Shown here piece by piece: positions 34,550 through 44,905 of a stretch of 64,000 nt of DNA. The notes beneath the pieces were generated by a model. It had not been told where the DNA came from. It saw only the letters and a list, made by a program, of their open reading frames with translations, and made no database searches. Source of the stretch: an uncultured Gammaproteobacteria bacterium (GTDB lineage: Bacteria > Pseudomonadota > Gammaproteobacteria > Ga0077536); contig CALJHG010000026.1 in assembly GCA_938075585.1 (NCBI GenBank), positions 20,303-84,302 of the forward strand. Reading direction: 5' to 3'. How positions within the stretch are numbered: position 1 is the first letter of the stretch; each line of letters opens with the position of its first letter. The position numbers and the translations under genes were made by a program.

Positions 34550-35653
34550 TTATAGGCGCATAGGCATTACGACATATTTCGCGTCAGATTTCTCTGGATC
34601 TGTTATCAAACAACTACTGTTTGCATCTATCACATCCAAACGCACAGTTTTGCATTTCAATATTCCCAAAACATCTAAAAGATAAGCAACATTAAATCCT
34701 ACTTCCAAATCATCACCCGTATATTTGACTTCTAAGTCTTCCTCCGCCTCTTCTTTTTCGGGATTATGCGCTATAGCCTTCACCAAGTTTTCATTCAGAG
34801 TTAGTCTTATCCCCCTAAATTTTTCATTAGATAATATTGACGTTCTAGTTAATACGCTTTTCAATTCTTCCCTATCAGCCAACATAAAATTATTGCTTTC
34901 CTTTGGAATTACTCTCTTGTAGTCTGGAAAATTTCCCTCCAGAAGCTTTATCCTCATGATCTGGGAACCCACAGTAACGCCTATACCATTATTTCCTATT
35001 GAAAAACTCACGTTTTTTTCGTCACTTCCGGCTAATAACTTGAGTAACTCTAGCACTCCTTTCCGAGGTATAATCATACTAACGTCGATAGAACTTTTAT
35101 TAGAAAACTCCACATCAGCGAGCGCTAATCTATGACCATCGGTAGCTACAGTCCTCATGCTATTATTGGTAATTTCGACGAGTAATCCATTTAAATAATA
35201 CCTAACATCCTGAGATGCCATAGCAAAATTGGTGTTAATAAAAAGATTGATTAAAGACACTCTATCTATCTCTAAGTTCTGAGTATGATCTTCATCATTC
35301 ATCTTAGGAAATTCTTTCGCGGGCAATGTAGACAACATAAACCTACTTTTACCCGAGGTAAGTTTAACCTGATTTTCTTGTTTAGAAATTTTTAACTTTG
35401 AATCAGCTGGCAATGCTCGACAGATATCTAGCAATTTACGCGCAGGAATTGCCAATTCTCCATCCTCGCTGCTGTTAATGTCTAACGTACTTGACAACTC
35501 TAACTCTAAATCGGTTGCCGTTATCAAAAGATGTCCGTTACTAAATTCCAGCAATAAATTCGAAAGTATAGGTTGATTATGCTTTCGATCTAGCACCGAC
35601 GCACTAGACTGAAGCACAGGCAACAATATATTAGTAGGTATTTGTATATTCAT
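34550..35653 (-). CDS. dnaN: DNA polymerase III subunit beta
   Basis: 367 aa sliding-clamp fold; sits between dnaA and recF. Confidence 0.9.
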   Translation of the reverse strand: MNIQIPTNILLPVLQSSASVLDRKHNQPILSNLLLEFSNGHLLITATDLELELSSTLDINSSEDGELAIPARKLLDICRALPADSKLKISKQENQVKLTSGKSRFMLSTLPAKEFPKMNDEDHTQNLEIDRVSLINLFINTNFAMASQDVRYYLNGLLVEITNNSMRTVATDGHRLALADVEFSNKSSIDVSMIIPRKGVLELLKLLAGSDEKNVSFSIGNNGIGVTVGSQIMRIKLLEGNFPDYKRVIPKESNNFMLADREELKSVLTRTSILSNEKFRGIRLTLNENLVKAIAHNPEKEEAEEDLEVKYTGDDLEVGFNVAYLLDVLGILKCKTVRLDVIDANSSCLITDPEKSDAKYVVMPMRL

Positions 35654-35829
35654 ATTATTATTACTATTAGGTAAAGAAAAAGCGGGGATAACATTTTTTC
35701 TTATTTAAATTAATAGCTTACCTCTTTTTATGTCGTTTGAAATTGTGTCTTTTATGTTAGTACTCTGTTGACAAAAATAGTCGCTTATTACGCGTTAGAA
35801 CTTATTCCTCGTTTATACACAGTTTTTAT

Positions 35830-37167
35830 TCATGATGTTAAGATTCGCTCTAAGTTAGCGTAATCTTCCTCTATTTTAGAATCTGATGATCTCAGTTCGG
35901 CAATTTTTTTATTTGCGTGTATTACCGTTGAATGATCCCGACCGCCGAAAGCGTCCCCTATTTCTGGGAGGCTATGATTCGTCAATTCTTTTGACAAAGT
36001 CATTGCTACCTGCCTGGGCCTAGCTACAGATCTACTTCTTCGTTTAGACAATAAATCAGACACCCTTATTTTATAATACTCTGCTACCGTTTTTTGTATA
36101 TTTTCGATAGTTACTAATCTGTCTTGCATAGCCAACAAGTCTTTAAGCGCTTCTTTTGCGAAATCCAAGGTAATTGAGCTTCCAGTGAAGTGAGCGTTTG
36201 CCACCACTCTATGAAGCGCTCCCTCAAGCTCTCTAACATTTGATCGAAAGCGTTTTCCTATAAAAAATGCGACCTCATGAGGCAAATCCACTTTGTTATG
36301 ACTGGCTTTTTTCATTAAAATGGCTACCCTAGTTTCAAGTTCCGGGGGCTCCACAGCGACAGTTAGACCCCATCCAAAACGAGACTTCAGTCTTTCCTCA
36401 ACGCCGGCCACCTCCCTAGGATAGCGATCACAAGTTAAAACTATTTGTTGGTCACCTTCTAAAAGCGCATTAAAAGTGTGGAAAAACTCTTCCTGAGAGC
36501 GATCTTTTCCTGAAAAAAACTGAATATCATCTATCAACAGTGCGTCGACTGAGCGATAATAGCGCTTAAACTCATTAATTTTATTATGTTGTAAAGCTCT
36601 AACCATATCAGCTACAAATCTTTCTGAATGAAGATAAATAGCTTTTAAATCACGACCATTTTGAGTAATAAGATTTCCAACAGCATGCATTAGGTGAGTT
36701 TTACCTAGACCGACACCACCGGAGATAAATAGGGGGTTATATGCCTTTCCTGGGTTATTAGACACCTGCAAAGCCGCTGCTCTAGCCAATTGGTTTGATT
36801 TGCCTTCCACAAAAGAGTCGAAATTAAGTTCTGCCCTAAGGCCAGAATTTTGTGAGGATCTTCTAACGGCGGTCTTTTGGGTGGGTTCTTCACTAGTTAC
36901 GTTTACTGGCGCAACCTTTCGTAATGGCGCACTACCTATAAATAAACTGACCTCGCAATTGTTTTCAGAAGAAGATAAAACAATATCTTTGATTCGGTCA
37001 AAATGTTTATCTTTAACCCAATCAAAAACGAATTGATTAGGAGCAAAAATATTTAACTTATCATTATTTTCAAGGGCTTGGAGAGGAACAATCCAAGTAT
37101 TGAAGCCTTGGGAATCCATCTCTATTTCGAGCTGTTTCAAGCATTGTTGCCAAATTTGATCATGCAT
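35830..37167 (-). CDS. dnaA: chromosomal replication initiator protein DnaA
   Basis: 445 aa; AAA+ Walker A ([10 protein letters not shown]) and C-terminal DnaA signature domain. Confidence 0.95.
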   Translation of the reverse strand: MHDQIWQQCLKQLEIEMDSQGFNTWIVPLQALENNDKLNIFAPNQFVFDWVKDKHFDRIKDIVLSSSENNCEVSLFIGSAPLRKVAPVNVTSEEPTQKTAVRRSSQNSGLRAELNFDSFVEGKSNQLARAAALQVSNNPGKAYNPLFISGGVGLGKTHLMHAVGNLITQNGRDLKAIYLHSERFVADMVRALQHNKINEFKRYYRSVDALLIDDIQFFSGKDRSQEEFFHTFNALLEGDQQIVLTCDRYPREVAGVEERLKSRFGWGLTVAVEPPELETRVAILMKKASHNKVDLPHEVAFFIGKRFRSNVRELEGALHRVVANAHFTGSSITLDFAKEALKDLLAMQDRLVTIENIQKTVAEYYKIRVSDLLSKRRSRSVARPRQVAMTLSKELTNHSLPEIGDAFGGRDHSTVIHANKKIAELRSSDSKIEEDYANLERILTS

Positions 37168-37235
37168 AGCGTTGTACGGTAGGAGTGTGTTTTAAATATT
37201 ATATTTTAGATTGAGTATATGCGGGTTTTATAAAC

Positions 37236-37244
37236 TTATCCACA
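37236..37244 (+). promoter_or_regulatory. consensus DnaA box (TTATCCACA) in the dnaA-rpmH intergenic/dnaA promoter region
   Basis: Perfect 9-mer about 70 nt upstream of the dnaA start, with a flanking AT-rich stretch. A weaker box, TTATCCTAA, lies at 37338-37346. Confidence 0.6.
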
Positions 37245-37368
37245 GGCTAGAATAGTCCGTCAAATTATTTATTTCAGTTGACTTCAACGGCCGTTTCATC
37301 CTAATATCGCCGCCTCTAACAGGTTAAACAATAACGTTTATCCTAAATCAGACACGGATTTAAGAGTA

Positions 37369-37503
37369 ATGAAGCATACTTTTCAGCCAGGAACGCTTAA
37401 AAGATCGCGAAAGCACGGGTTTCGAGCTCGGATGAAGACGAAAGGCGGACGACGAATCCTTGCCGCCCGGAGAGCCAAGGGGCGAGCGCAACTTACAGCA
37501 TAA
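37369..37503 (+). CDS. rpmH: 50S ribosomal protein L34
   Basis: Not in the ORF track. Manual translation gives [44 protein letters not shown]. Confidence 0.9.
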   Translation: MKHTFQPGTLKRSRKHGFRARMKTKGGRRILAARRAKGRAQLTA

Positions 37504-37514
37504 GAATTGAAAGA

Positions 37515-37886
37515 ATGAAAAAGTTTCCTAACGGATTTGGTCGTTCCAGAAAAATGACAGAAGGAGATGATTTCAAATCTACGATTATCAAAGGTGATAA
37601 GCAAAATTTTAGCACTTTTAGCCTGTATTCTTGTCCTAATCATACGGGTGGAGCGCGATTGGGCATTGCTGTAAGTCGCAAGGTCTCAAAAAAAGCTGTA
37701 ATTCGCAACGCGTTAAAGCGAATAGTTCGAGAGACATTCAGAACTAAAGCAGAACAACTCCAAGCTGTAGATTGCTTTTTCAAATTTCGTGCTACTAAGC
37801 ATGTGCCGAACAGGTTGCTGGTCAAGCAGGAATTAATAAAGAGTTTCTCTTTGCTAGCGAATACTAAACCAAACAGAGGTAATTAA
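37515..37886 (+). CDS. rnpA: ribonuclease P protein component
   Basis: RLGIAVSRKVSKKAVIRNALKRIVRETFR matches the RnpA RNR motif region. The start may instead be the internal ATG at 37554. Confidence 0.8.
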   Translation: MKKFPNGFGRSRKMTEGDDFKSTIIKGDKQNFSTFSLYSCPNHTGGARLGIAVSRKVSKKAVIRNALKRIVRETFRTKAEQLQAVDCFFKFRATKHVPNRLLVKQELIKSFSLLANTKPNRGN

Positions 37887-37891
37887 CAGGC

Positions 37892-39532
37892 ATGGACAAT
37901 GTTAGGTTTTTTTTAGTACTCGCTGTCAGTTTTTTAGCTTTGCTACTTTACCAAAAGTGGCACCAAGATTATCTTTCAGACTCCATTCAAACAAGCTCAA
38001 CGCAAACACAGAACGCGCCTAAGTCACTGTCGGTGGATAGAGAACGAGATTTGCCACAAATTCAACCGTCTTTTGAAATTGATCCTAGTTTTGACAGGGA
38101 TGAGTCGTCGAGCGGTTCTGCCGATATCGAGGTAACAACAGATTTATTTTCGGTTAGATTCTCGTCATTAGGAGCTGGGATCAATCAGGTAGGATTGCTC
38201 AAATACCCAGTGGAGCAGGACCGCCCCTCGGAAGCGGTGCAATTATTAGCCAACAACTCTGATAGGCTGTTTATATATCAAAGTGGATTAGCAGGTGATA
38301 CGACATTGCCGACTCATTATGACTCTTATTACATTCCGCAAGACAAGTACAGCTTAGGGGACCGTAGTGATGAATTAATCGTTCCGTTTCAGTGGGAAAG
38401 TGGCACAGGTATAAACGTAAAAAAAGAATATGTTCTAAAGCGACAGAGCTATTTGATACAAGTAAAACATACGATTGTAAATAATAGCCAAACAGCTATT
38501 AAACTTCATCAATATGACCAACTCAAACGCAGTCGAGAGTCCTCTCGCAAGGGTATGTTGTATCTCTTTACAGGGGCTGCATTATCTACCCCGGAGAAGC
38601 GATACGAAAAATTTAACTATGGCGATTTAGAAGACGCACCGTTATCGGTCAATGCTAAAGATAGTTGGGTAGCAGTGATGGAGCACTATTTTGTCGCTGC
38701 TCTCATTCCAAATAAGGGGGTTACCCATCATTTTTATTCTAAAACGGATAATAAAAACCGCTTTACTGTTGGCCACTACAGTCCGGGGGCTACTTTGGCC
38801 CCAGGCGAACAACACGAATTTAGTAGCTCGATTTACATAGGGCCTAAAAGACATGACATATTAGAGGAGACTGCACCAGGATTAAACTTAAGCGTGGATT
38901 ACGGAATGTTATGGTTCCTCGCTAAGCCACTATTTGTAGTATTAACATACGTGCATAAAATGACTGATAACTGGGGATGGGCGATAGTTATTCTTACGAT
39001 ACTACTAAAATTGATGTTTTATCCTTTGGCAGCAGCAGGTTATCGTTCGATGGCTAATATGAGGAAGGTACAACCGCGGCTTCTTGCATTAAAAGATCGA
39101 TACTCAGGTGACAAGGCCCAATTAAATCAAGCTATGATGCAGCTGTATAAGGACGAGAAGATAAACCCTTTGGGCGGTTGTCTGCCTATGTTGGTTCAAA
39201 TCCCGTTTTTCATAGCTTTATATTGGGTTTTGTTAGAAAGCGTAGAGATCAGACAAGCCCCCTTTATTTTCTGGATAACTGACTTGTCTAGCCTTGACCC
39301 ATTCTATGTATTACCACTCCTAATGGGAGTTACAATGTGGTTCCAACAGAGGCTCAATCCGGCACCCCTAGATCCGATGCAGGCTAAAGTAATGAAGATA
39401 TTGCCATTTGTTTTTACTGGGTTTTTTGCCTTTTTCCCGTCAGGACTCGTACTTTACTGGCTTGTGAATAATTTACTATCCATAGCTCAGCAATATCGCA
39501 TCACTAAATTGGTAGAGAGTGAGAGCGCATAA
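37892..39532 (+). CDS. yidC: membrane protein insertase YidC
   Basis: 546 aa; N-terminal TM, large periplasmic domain, conserved C-terminal 5-TM core. Confidence 0.9.
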   Translation: MDNVRFFLVLAVSFLALLLYQKWHQDYLSDSIQTSSTQTQNAPKSLSVDRERDLPQIQPSFEIDPSFDRDESSSGSADIEVTTDLFSVRFSSLGAGINQVGLLKYPVEQDRPSEAVQLLANNSDRLFIYQSGLAGDTTLPTHYDSYYIPQDKYSLGDRSDELIVPFQWESGTGINVKKEYVLKRQSYLIQVKHTIVNNSQTAIKLHQYDQLKRSRESSRKGMLYLFTGAALSTPEKRYEKFNYGDLEDAPLSVNAKDSWVAVMEHYFVAALIPNKGVTHHFYSKTDNKNRFTVGHYSPGATLAPGEQHEFSSSIYIGPKRHDILEETAPGLNLSVDYGMLWFLAKPLFVVLTYVHKMTDNWGWAIVILTILLKLMFYPLAAAGYRSMANMRKVQPRLLALKDRYSGDKAQLNQAMMQLYKDEKINPLGGCLPMLVQIPFFIALYWVLLESVEIRQAPFIFWITDLSSLDPFYVLPLLMGVTMWFQQRLNPAPLDPMQAKVMKILPFVFTGFFAFFPSGLVLYWLVNNLLSIAQQYRITKLVESESA

Positions 39533-39550
39533 ACTCTTGCTGAAGCGGGC

Positions 39551-40888
39551 GTGTTAACAGACACAATAGTAGCTGTGGCCACCCCTAATGGCAGGGGTGG
39601 CGTCGGTATAGTGCGCTTGTCTGGCCCTAAGGCCATGCAGGTGGCCTCTAAGGTTGTTAGAGTAGAGTTGTCGAACAGCCGCATCACGAATTATACAGAT
39701 TTCCTTGATTCTAAAGGCGATAAAATTGACACGGGGCTTGTGGTATTTTTCAAGGGGCCAAACTCTTACACGGGCGAAAATGTAATCGAAATGCATATGC
39801 ACGGTAATCCAATTATTTTGGGGGAGATGGTTAGAGCCTGTTGTGAATTGGATGCTAGACTTGCGAGGCCGGGAGAGTTTACGGAGAGAGCTTTCAGAGC
39901 TGGAAAAATAAATTTGGTTCAGGCCGAGGCGGTGGCGGATTTGATTGCTGCTCAATCGGTTAAAGCAGTCCGTTCTGCCCAAAACACTTTAGAGGGTCAT
40001 TTCGGCAATGTTGTTGAAAAGTTAATATTACAAACTCAAGAAATACGATACCAGTTAGAGGCCGCGATCGATTTTTCAGACGATGTGAGCAGCCCAGATT
40101 TTATCCCCCACATGTTTGGACTGCATAAGAAGTTGCTGGAAGGATTGAAGAGCCTCTTAGCATCTGCGACACAAGGTGCAAAACTTAGTGAGGGCTTTAA
40201 GTTAGTTATTGCTGGGCCACCAAATGCGGGTAAATCAATGTTACTAAATCGTCTCGTTCAGTCCGAGCGAGCAATTGTGTCGTCTGAAGCAGGGACTACA
40301 AGAGACGCAATAAATGTCGAGTGCCGACTTAGGGATATTCCGGTGCAAATTATAGATACAGCAGGATTGCGAGAGGATGTTGAGTCTAGTATAGAAAAAG
40401 AGGGTATCAAAAGAACGTACGCTGCCATCGAAAAGGCAGACCTAGTTATTTATTTAAAGGATGTCACATCGACTGTCCCAGCGGGTCGCGACTATGAGTC
40501 AGACTTAGTGACACACGCTAAGATCTTGACGGTATTTAACAAACTTGACAAGCTGCCAGAAACTAACAAATTAGAAAAAAATTCAGGAATTTATATTTCG
40601 GCTCTTTCGGGGGTGGGTGTAGCTAATCTTGAGGACGCGATCATTGAAAATTTTGATGCTTCTAATAATGAGAATGTCGAATTTTCGGCGAGGGAGAGAC
40701 ACCTTATAGCCTTGAAAAAGGCTATTAATGCTATAGATGCGATTGAAGATGTTAGTTTTGGCGCTAGTCCCGAGTTAGTAGCTGAGGACTATAGGGAAGC
40801 AACAGGTGCGCTCCAAGAAATCGGCGGGGAATATTCTACTGAAGATCTCCTGGGTGATATATTTTCAAAGTTTTGCATAGGGAAATAA
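39551..40888 (+). CDS. mnmE: tRNA modification GTPase MnmE
   Basis: 445 aa; DTIVAVATPNGRGGVGIVRLSG N-terminus, G-domain GPPNAGKS, C-terminal CIGK. Confidence 0.9.
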   Translation: MLTDTIVAVATPNGRGGVGIVRLSGPKAMQVASKVVRVELSNSRITNYTDFLDSKGDKIDTGLVVFFKGPNSYTGENVIEMHMHGNPIILGEMVRACCELDARLARPGEFTERAFRAGKINLVQAEAVADLIAAQSVKAVRSAQNTLEGHFGNVVEKLILQTQEIRYQLEAAIDFSDDVSSPDFIPHMFGLHKKLLEGLKSLLASATQGAKLSEGFKLVIAGPPNAGKSMLLNRLVQSERAIVSSEAGTTRDAINVECRLRDIPVQIIDTAGLREDVESSIEKEGIKRTYAAIEKADLVIYLKDVTSTVPAGRDYESDLVTHAKILTVFNKLDKLPETNKLEKNSGIYISALSGVGVANLEDAIIENFDASNNENVEFSARERHLIALKKAINAIDAIEDVSFGASPELVAEDYREATGALQEIGGEYSTEDLLGDIFSKFCIGK

Positions 40889-40894
40889 TAGTCC

Positions 40895-41794
40895 ATGGAC
40901 CGAATATTAGTTATCACCCTCAGTAATCTGGGAGACGCGGTGATGACTACACCCGTGTTTGAGGCTTTACATGTCGCATATCCTTGCTGTGTCATTGACA
41001 TTGTAGCGGATAAGAGGTCCTCGGACATTTTTGGGGGCGCTCCCTACTTGGGAAAAATTTTTCATCGTGAAAAAAAGGGAGGCATGATAAAAACTATTAA
41101 GTTGATTGCGGAACTGAGAAAAACGTATTACGACATTATTATCGACCTTCGGACAAATTTAATTCCGATAATGCTACGCGCCAATAAGAACATCTTTAAA
41201 ATAAAAAGAGCATCTGCGGCACAGCACTCGGTAGAAGAGCACTATGGAGGAATTTTAACTTTGGACGGCGTAGCTTCAACCCCGCCAAAGTGTCGGCTTT
41301 ACTTGGAGGGACACGCACAGGAGCAAGCAAGGGGGCTCATAAAAAGTTTTGCCGGAAAAAAACTCTTAGCTATCGGCCCCGGGGCCAATTGGCCAGGAAA
41401 GATTTGGCCGGCAACGCGATTTGAAGAGTTGGTTCTAGATTTAGAAACATACTTTGACGGCGTTATACAGTTAGGCTCCGAAGGAGAAGGGATTGTTTTT
41501 TCCGAGAGGGTGAATATGCCGAATTTAGATCTAACAGGAAAAACTAATTTATCAACTTTAAAATCTGTTATTAAAAGTTGCCAATTATTTATTGGCAATG
41601 ACTCAGGGATAGGGCATGTGGCGGCCGCGCTAGGAAAGCCGTCTTTAACTGTTTTCGGAGTTGGGGACCCTGAGCGCTATCTTCCTTGGGGGAGTCAGTC
41701 TGTAGCAATTACTGAACCGTCGAAAGATCTTCGACGATTGAAGTCCTCCCGTGTCTCAAATGCTGCAAAACTGCTGATAGAGGGGTTTTTGTAG
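40895..41794 (+). CDS. glycosyltransferase family 9 (LPS heptosyltransferase-like)
   Basis: 299 aa; ILVITLSNLGDAVMTTP N-terminus and GNDSGIGHVAAALGKP C-terminal motif typical of GT9. Confidence 0.75.
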   Translation: MDRILVITLSNLGDAVMTTPVFEALHVAYPCCVIDIVADKRSSDIFGGAPYLGKIFHREKKGGMIKTIKLIAELRKTYYDIIIDLRTNLIPIMLRANKNIFKIKRASAAQHSVEEHYGGILTLDGVASTPPKCRLYLEGHAQEQARGLIKSFAGKKLLAIGPGANWPGKIWPATRFEELVLDLETYFDGVIQLGSEGEGIVFSERVNMPNLDLTGKTNLSTLKSVIKSCQLFIGNDSGIGHVAAALGKPSLTVFGVGDPERYLPWGSQSVAITEPSKDLRRLKSSRVSNAAKLLIEGFL

Positions 41795-42825
41795 TGAGGA
41801 TAGCGCAAATAATGTTGGCTCGTGGCTTTGGGGGTGCTGAAAGGAGTTTTTTTGACATCTCGGAAACTCTTGCGAGTATTGGCCACAATGTTGCGGTCAT
41901 AGTAGATTCGCGTAGTATGCTCTTCTCCAGACTTACAGCTAATAAAAGGTTGTTAGTCATCCCGATAAAATGCCACGGAGTTTGGGACTTTTTGGCAGGT
42001 TATAGAATTAAGAGTGCATTAGCGAATTTTGATGCACAGATAGTTCATGCACATTTAGCCAGATCTGCTCATCTTGGAGGCAAGGCCGCACGCGCCTTGC
42101 GAATTCCGTCCTTGGTAAAAACACATAACTTGGTCAACTTAAAATACTATAAATCAATAGATCATTTTGTACCGACGACTCAATTTCAAGCGGAATATTT
42201 GTTTAAGCACGGTGTGTCAAAAACTCGAATCACCACAATACCTAATTTCACACGCTTAACACCGGTTGAATCAGTAACGCCTAGCCATAAAAAGGAAAAA
42301 ATTGTGATAAGGGCGGTTGGGCGCTTCGTGTATAAAAAAGGTTTTGACACTTTGATTACAGCGTTTCAGTTGATACTAAAAAAACGGGCAAATGTGAGAT
42401 TAGAGATAGGTGGAAGCGGCACGGAACTCGGGAAGTTGTCGGATCAAGTGGTTCAACACGGATTGCAAAAAGAAGTTAAATTCTGCGGCTGGGTTGAAGA
42501 TGTACGGTCTTTTGTGGAGGGCGCAGATTTATTTGTTATACCCTCAAGGGATGAGCCGTTTGGAATTGTAGTGTTAGAATCAATGGCATGTGGGGTGCCG
42601 ATTATCGCAAGTAGGACACAGGGACCTACCGAAATACTGACAGACGAAATGGCGTATTTCTTTGAACCTGGCGACGCGTTCGGATTGGCCGAACAAGTTT
42701 TGCTGGCTCTATCCTCCGCGGGACGGTGGAGTAAGGCTCAAGCCGCCTTGGAAAAGCTCAAGCAAACTTATACTCAGAAACAGGTTGTTAAAACTTACGA
42801 GCGTTTATATAAGAAAATTATTTAG
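41794..42825 (+). CDS. glycosyltransferase family 4
   Basis: 343 aa, GTG start; GGAERS N-terminus and EPFGIVVLESMACGVPIIAS GT-B motif. Confidence 0.75.
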   Translation: MRIAQIMLARGFGGAERSFFDISETLASIGHNVAVIVDSRSMLFSRLTANKRLLVIPIKCHGVWDFLAGYRIKSALANFDAQIVHAHLARSAHLGGKAARALRIPSLVKTHNLVNLKYYKSIDHFVPTTQFQAEYLFKHGVSKTRITTIPNFTRLTPVESVTPSHKKEKIVIRAVGRFVYKKGFDTLITAFQLILKKRANVRLEIGGSGTELGKLSDQVVQHGLQKEVKFCGWVEDVRSFVEGADLFVIPSRDEPFGIVVLESMACGVPIIASRTQGPTEILTDEMAYFFEPGDAFGLAEQVLLALSSAGRWSKAQAALEKLKQTYTQKQVVKTYERLYKKII

Positions 42826-43778
42826 CAAAGAGTTTTTTCTATAAATTTAATTACGTGAGACGGTGTCAGCTCAGATAAATTTGTACCTTTGGGGGCTGAG
42901 TTACTTAATTTGTTGAGTGTAACTACATATTTTTCTTGGCCGAGGGCGTGGTTTCTTACCCAGTCACTTGGTCCAAAAATACCGAATATGGGGATGTTCC
43001 CTGACGAAAGTATGTGCATGGGTCCCGAGTCGTTAGTCACAGCGAATTTGGCAAAATTACTAAGTTGTGATAACTCTGAGGCTGAAAATTCACCGGTAGC
43101 ATCTATGCCTGCGACACTTGAGAGCATTAAGTTTAATTCGCGGTCCGGTTCGCCACCGATCCAGACTGGTACAATATTTCGTTTTATCAGATATGTGGCC
43201 AGCTCCGGAAAGTATGGCCACTGTTTTTCTGGCCTTTTAGGACTTACGCCCGCGTGAAGCAGTACAATGTCTCTCCCCGTCAACATGGTTTTCTCCAGCC
43301 AGTCTTCGATCTTTTTTATCTCTGCTATATTTTGGGGGAAATAAGGCAATTTATATTGGATGTCCACACCAGAGCTATTACATACTTCGATCATGCGGCT
43401 AAAGATATGAATTTTTCCTAGCCACGGTTCCTTTGGACTATGCGTGTATGCTGGGTGCTGCAGGTTGCCTACCCTTACTGGAATATTTGAAAATCTAGAC
43501 ATAATTCTGGTTCTATTAGACCCTTGTAAATCATAGAGATGGGTAAATTTCTGCTGGCGAATCCAATTGAGAGTGCGTGCGTTGTGGATGAGTCCATGTC
43601 TGGGGAAGGTTTTTATTAATAAATTATCCCAATTTATAAACACTTCCCTGTATTTATCAGTCGTTAATAGCGTACATGTGGAAGACTTATGCTTATCCAT
43701 GATCCCTTTTATAAGCGCGGTAGCCATTACGACGTCTCCTAGCGCTCCTAGTTTTATGATCAGCACTTGATTGGTCAT
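42822..43778 (-). CDS. glycosyltransferase family 9 (ADP-heptose:LPS heptosyltransferase-like)
   Basis: 318 aa; VLIIKLGALGDVVMATAL N-terminus and TNDSGPMH C-terminal motif. Confidence 0.75.
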   Translation of the reverse strand: MTNQVLIIKLGALGDVVMATALIKGIMDKHKSSTCTLLTTDKYREVFINWDNLLIKTFPRHGLIHNARTLNWIRQQKFTHLYDLQGSNRTRIMSRFSNIPVRVGNLQHPAYTHSPKEPWLGKIHIFSRMIEVCNSSGVDIQYKLPYFPQNIAEIKKIEDWLEKTMLTGRDIVLLHAGVSPKRPEKQWPYFPELATYLIKRNIVPVWIGGEPDRELNLMLSSVAGIDATGEFSASELSQLSNFAKFAVTNDSGPMHILSSGNIPIFGIFGPSDWVRNHALGQEKYVVTLNKLSNSAPKGTNLSELTPSHVIKFIEKTLC

Positions 43779-44905
43779 TTGTGACGTTTATTTACTTTTT
43801 CGTAAAGAGCTATCGTTTTGTTTTGCATTTCCGATACGGTATAAGGGTTTGGTTGTATACGTGCGATGTCACTAGTATTTGTTAGGAGAGCCTTTGTTAA
43901 TACCACCGCTTTGTCAAGATCACGCGGAGGTACAAGACCCCAAGGAAACATTGTCTTGAGAATTTCTGAAGTCCCACCGTGGCCATAGCCGATGACGGGC
44001 GTACCTAGGCTTAGAGCTTCTACAGTTGTTCGCCCGAAGGCCTCTGGCTTAGAGGTCAGCGAATAAGCACAGTCGGAAATGGACAAGATTTCTTTTAGAT
44101 CCTTTCTTATGCCTAAAAAACTGATGTTATTTTCTACGTTCAGAGTTTTGACCAAGTGCATTAGCTCTTTGTAATAGTTTGAGTATTTATTTTCGACACC
44201 ACCGACGATAAGTCCATATGCGTCTATCCCGAGTGAGCGCACCTGATGCACTAGTTTGATGAACTCTAGTTGGCCTTTCCAGCGCGTGATTCTACCGGGC
44301 AAAGTAAGGATTTTTGCTTCAGGGGGATAGTTAGTGAAATTCTTCCAGTTACTGGCCCATGATTTAGATGGGGTAAAGGTTGTTTTATATTCATTTTCCT
44401 CTACGCCTCTGTGTATAACTGTTATTTTTTTATTTTTTGGGACCGAGTAGTGGTCGTGCACATAATCTCTTATGAAGTTTGAGACAGCGATGACTTGGTC
44501 ACCTCTGTTCATTATGCTGCTGTAGAGACTGACGCTGTATGGGCCGTGAATAGTTGTAAACCACACGGGTCGTTTGTTTTTTGGCATCAGCTTCAGAGCC
44601 GCCATTGTGAGCCAGGCAGGAAGTCGAGATCTGGAGTGAACAATATTTATATTGTATTTCATAAACAGGCGCGCAAGCTTAGGAATAAGAAACAATGTGA
44701 ACGGACTTTTTTGTCCAACCTTTAGCGGTAGATGCTTGCCGCCAGCCAGTTTTATGTCTTTTACTAGGGGGCCGGTGCCGGAGATAACAAAGGCCTTATG
44801 GCCTCTGTTGACCAGCGCAGCGGTCATTTGTACGGTACCTCGCTCGACGCCACCGACATTCAAGTTTGGGAGAATCTGCAATACGTTTAGGGACCGGCTA
44901 CACAT
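43775..44905 (-). CDS. glycosyltransferase family 4
   Basis: 376 aa; GGVERGTV N-terminus; EAFGRTTVEALSLGTPVIG GT-B motif. Confidence 0.75.
   Translation of the reverse strand: MCSRSLNVLQILPNLNVGGVERGTVQMTAALVNRGHKAFVISGTGPLVKDIKLAGGKHLPLKVGQKSPFTLFLIPKLARLFMKYNINIVHSRSRLPAWLTMAALKLMPKNKRPVWFTTIHGPYSVSLYSSIMNRGDQVIAVSNFIRDYVHDHYSVPKNKKITVIHRGVEENEYKTTFTPSKSWASNWKNFTNYPPEAKILTLPGRITRWKGQLEFIKLVHQVRSLGIDAYGLIVGGVENKYSNYYKELMHLVKTLNVENNISFLGIRKDLKEILSISDCAYSLTSKPEAFGRTTVEALSLGTPVIGYGHGGTSEILKTMFPWGLVPPRDLDKAVVLTKALLTNTSDIARIQPNPYTVSEMQNKTIALYEKVNKRHK

Noticed and set aside
34145-34555. 136-aa plus-strand ORF antisense to recF, and many similar 60-120 aa ORFs antisense to coxA, coaBC, gyrB, hyuA, purH and others
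   Set aside because: All lie entirely within strongly supported housekeeping CDSs on the opposite strand, and their amino-acid composition is low-complexity or atypical.
37168-37368. Calling the dnaA-rpmH spacer a complete oriC
   Set aside because: It has only one perfect and one 7/9 DnaA box in 201 bp, with no clear 13-mer DUE repeats. This is insufficient by eye, so I record it only as a DnaA-box regulatory region.
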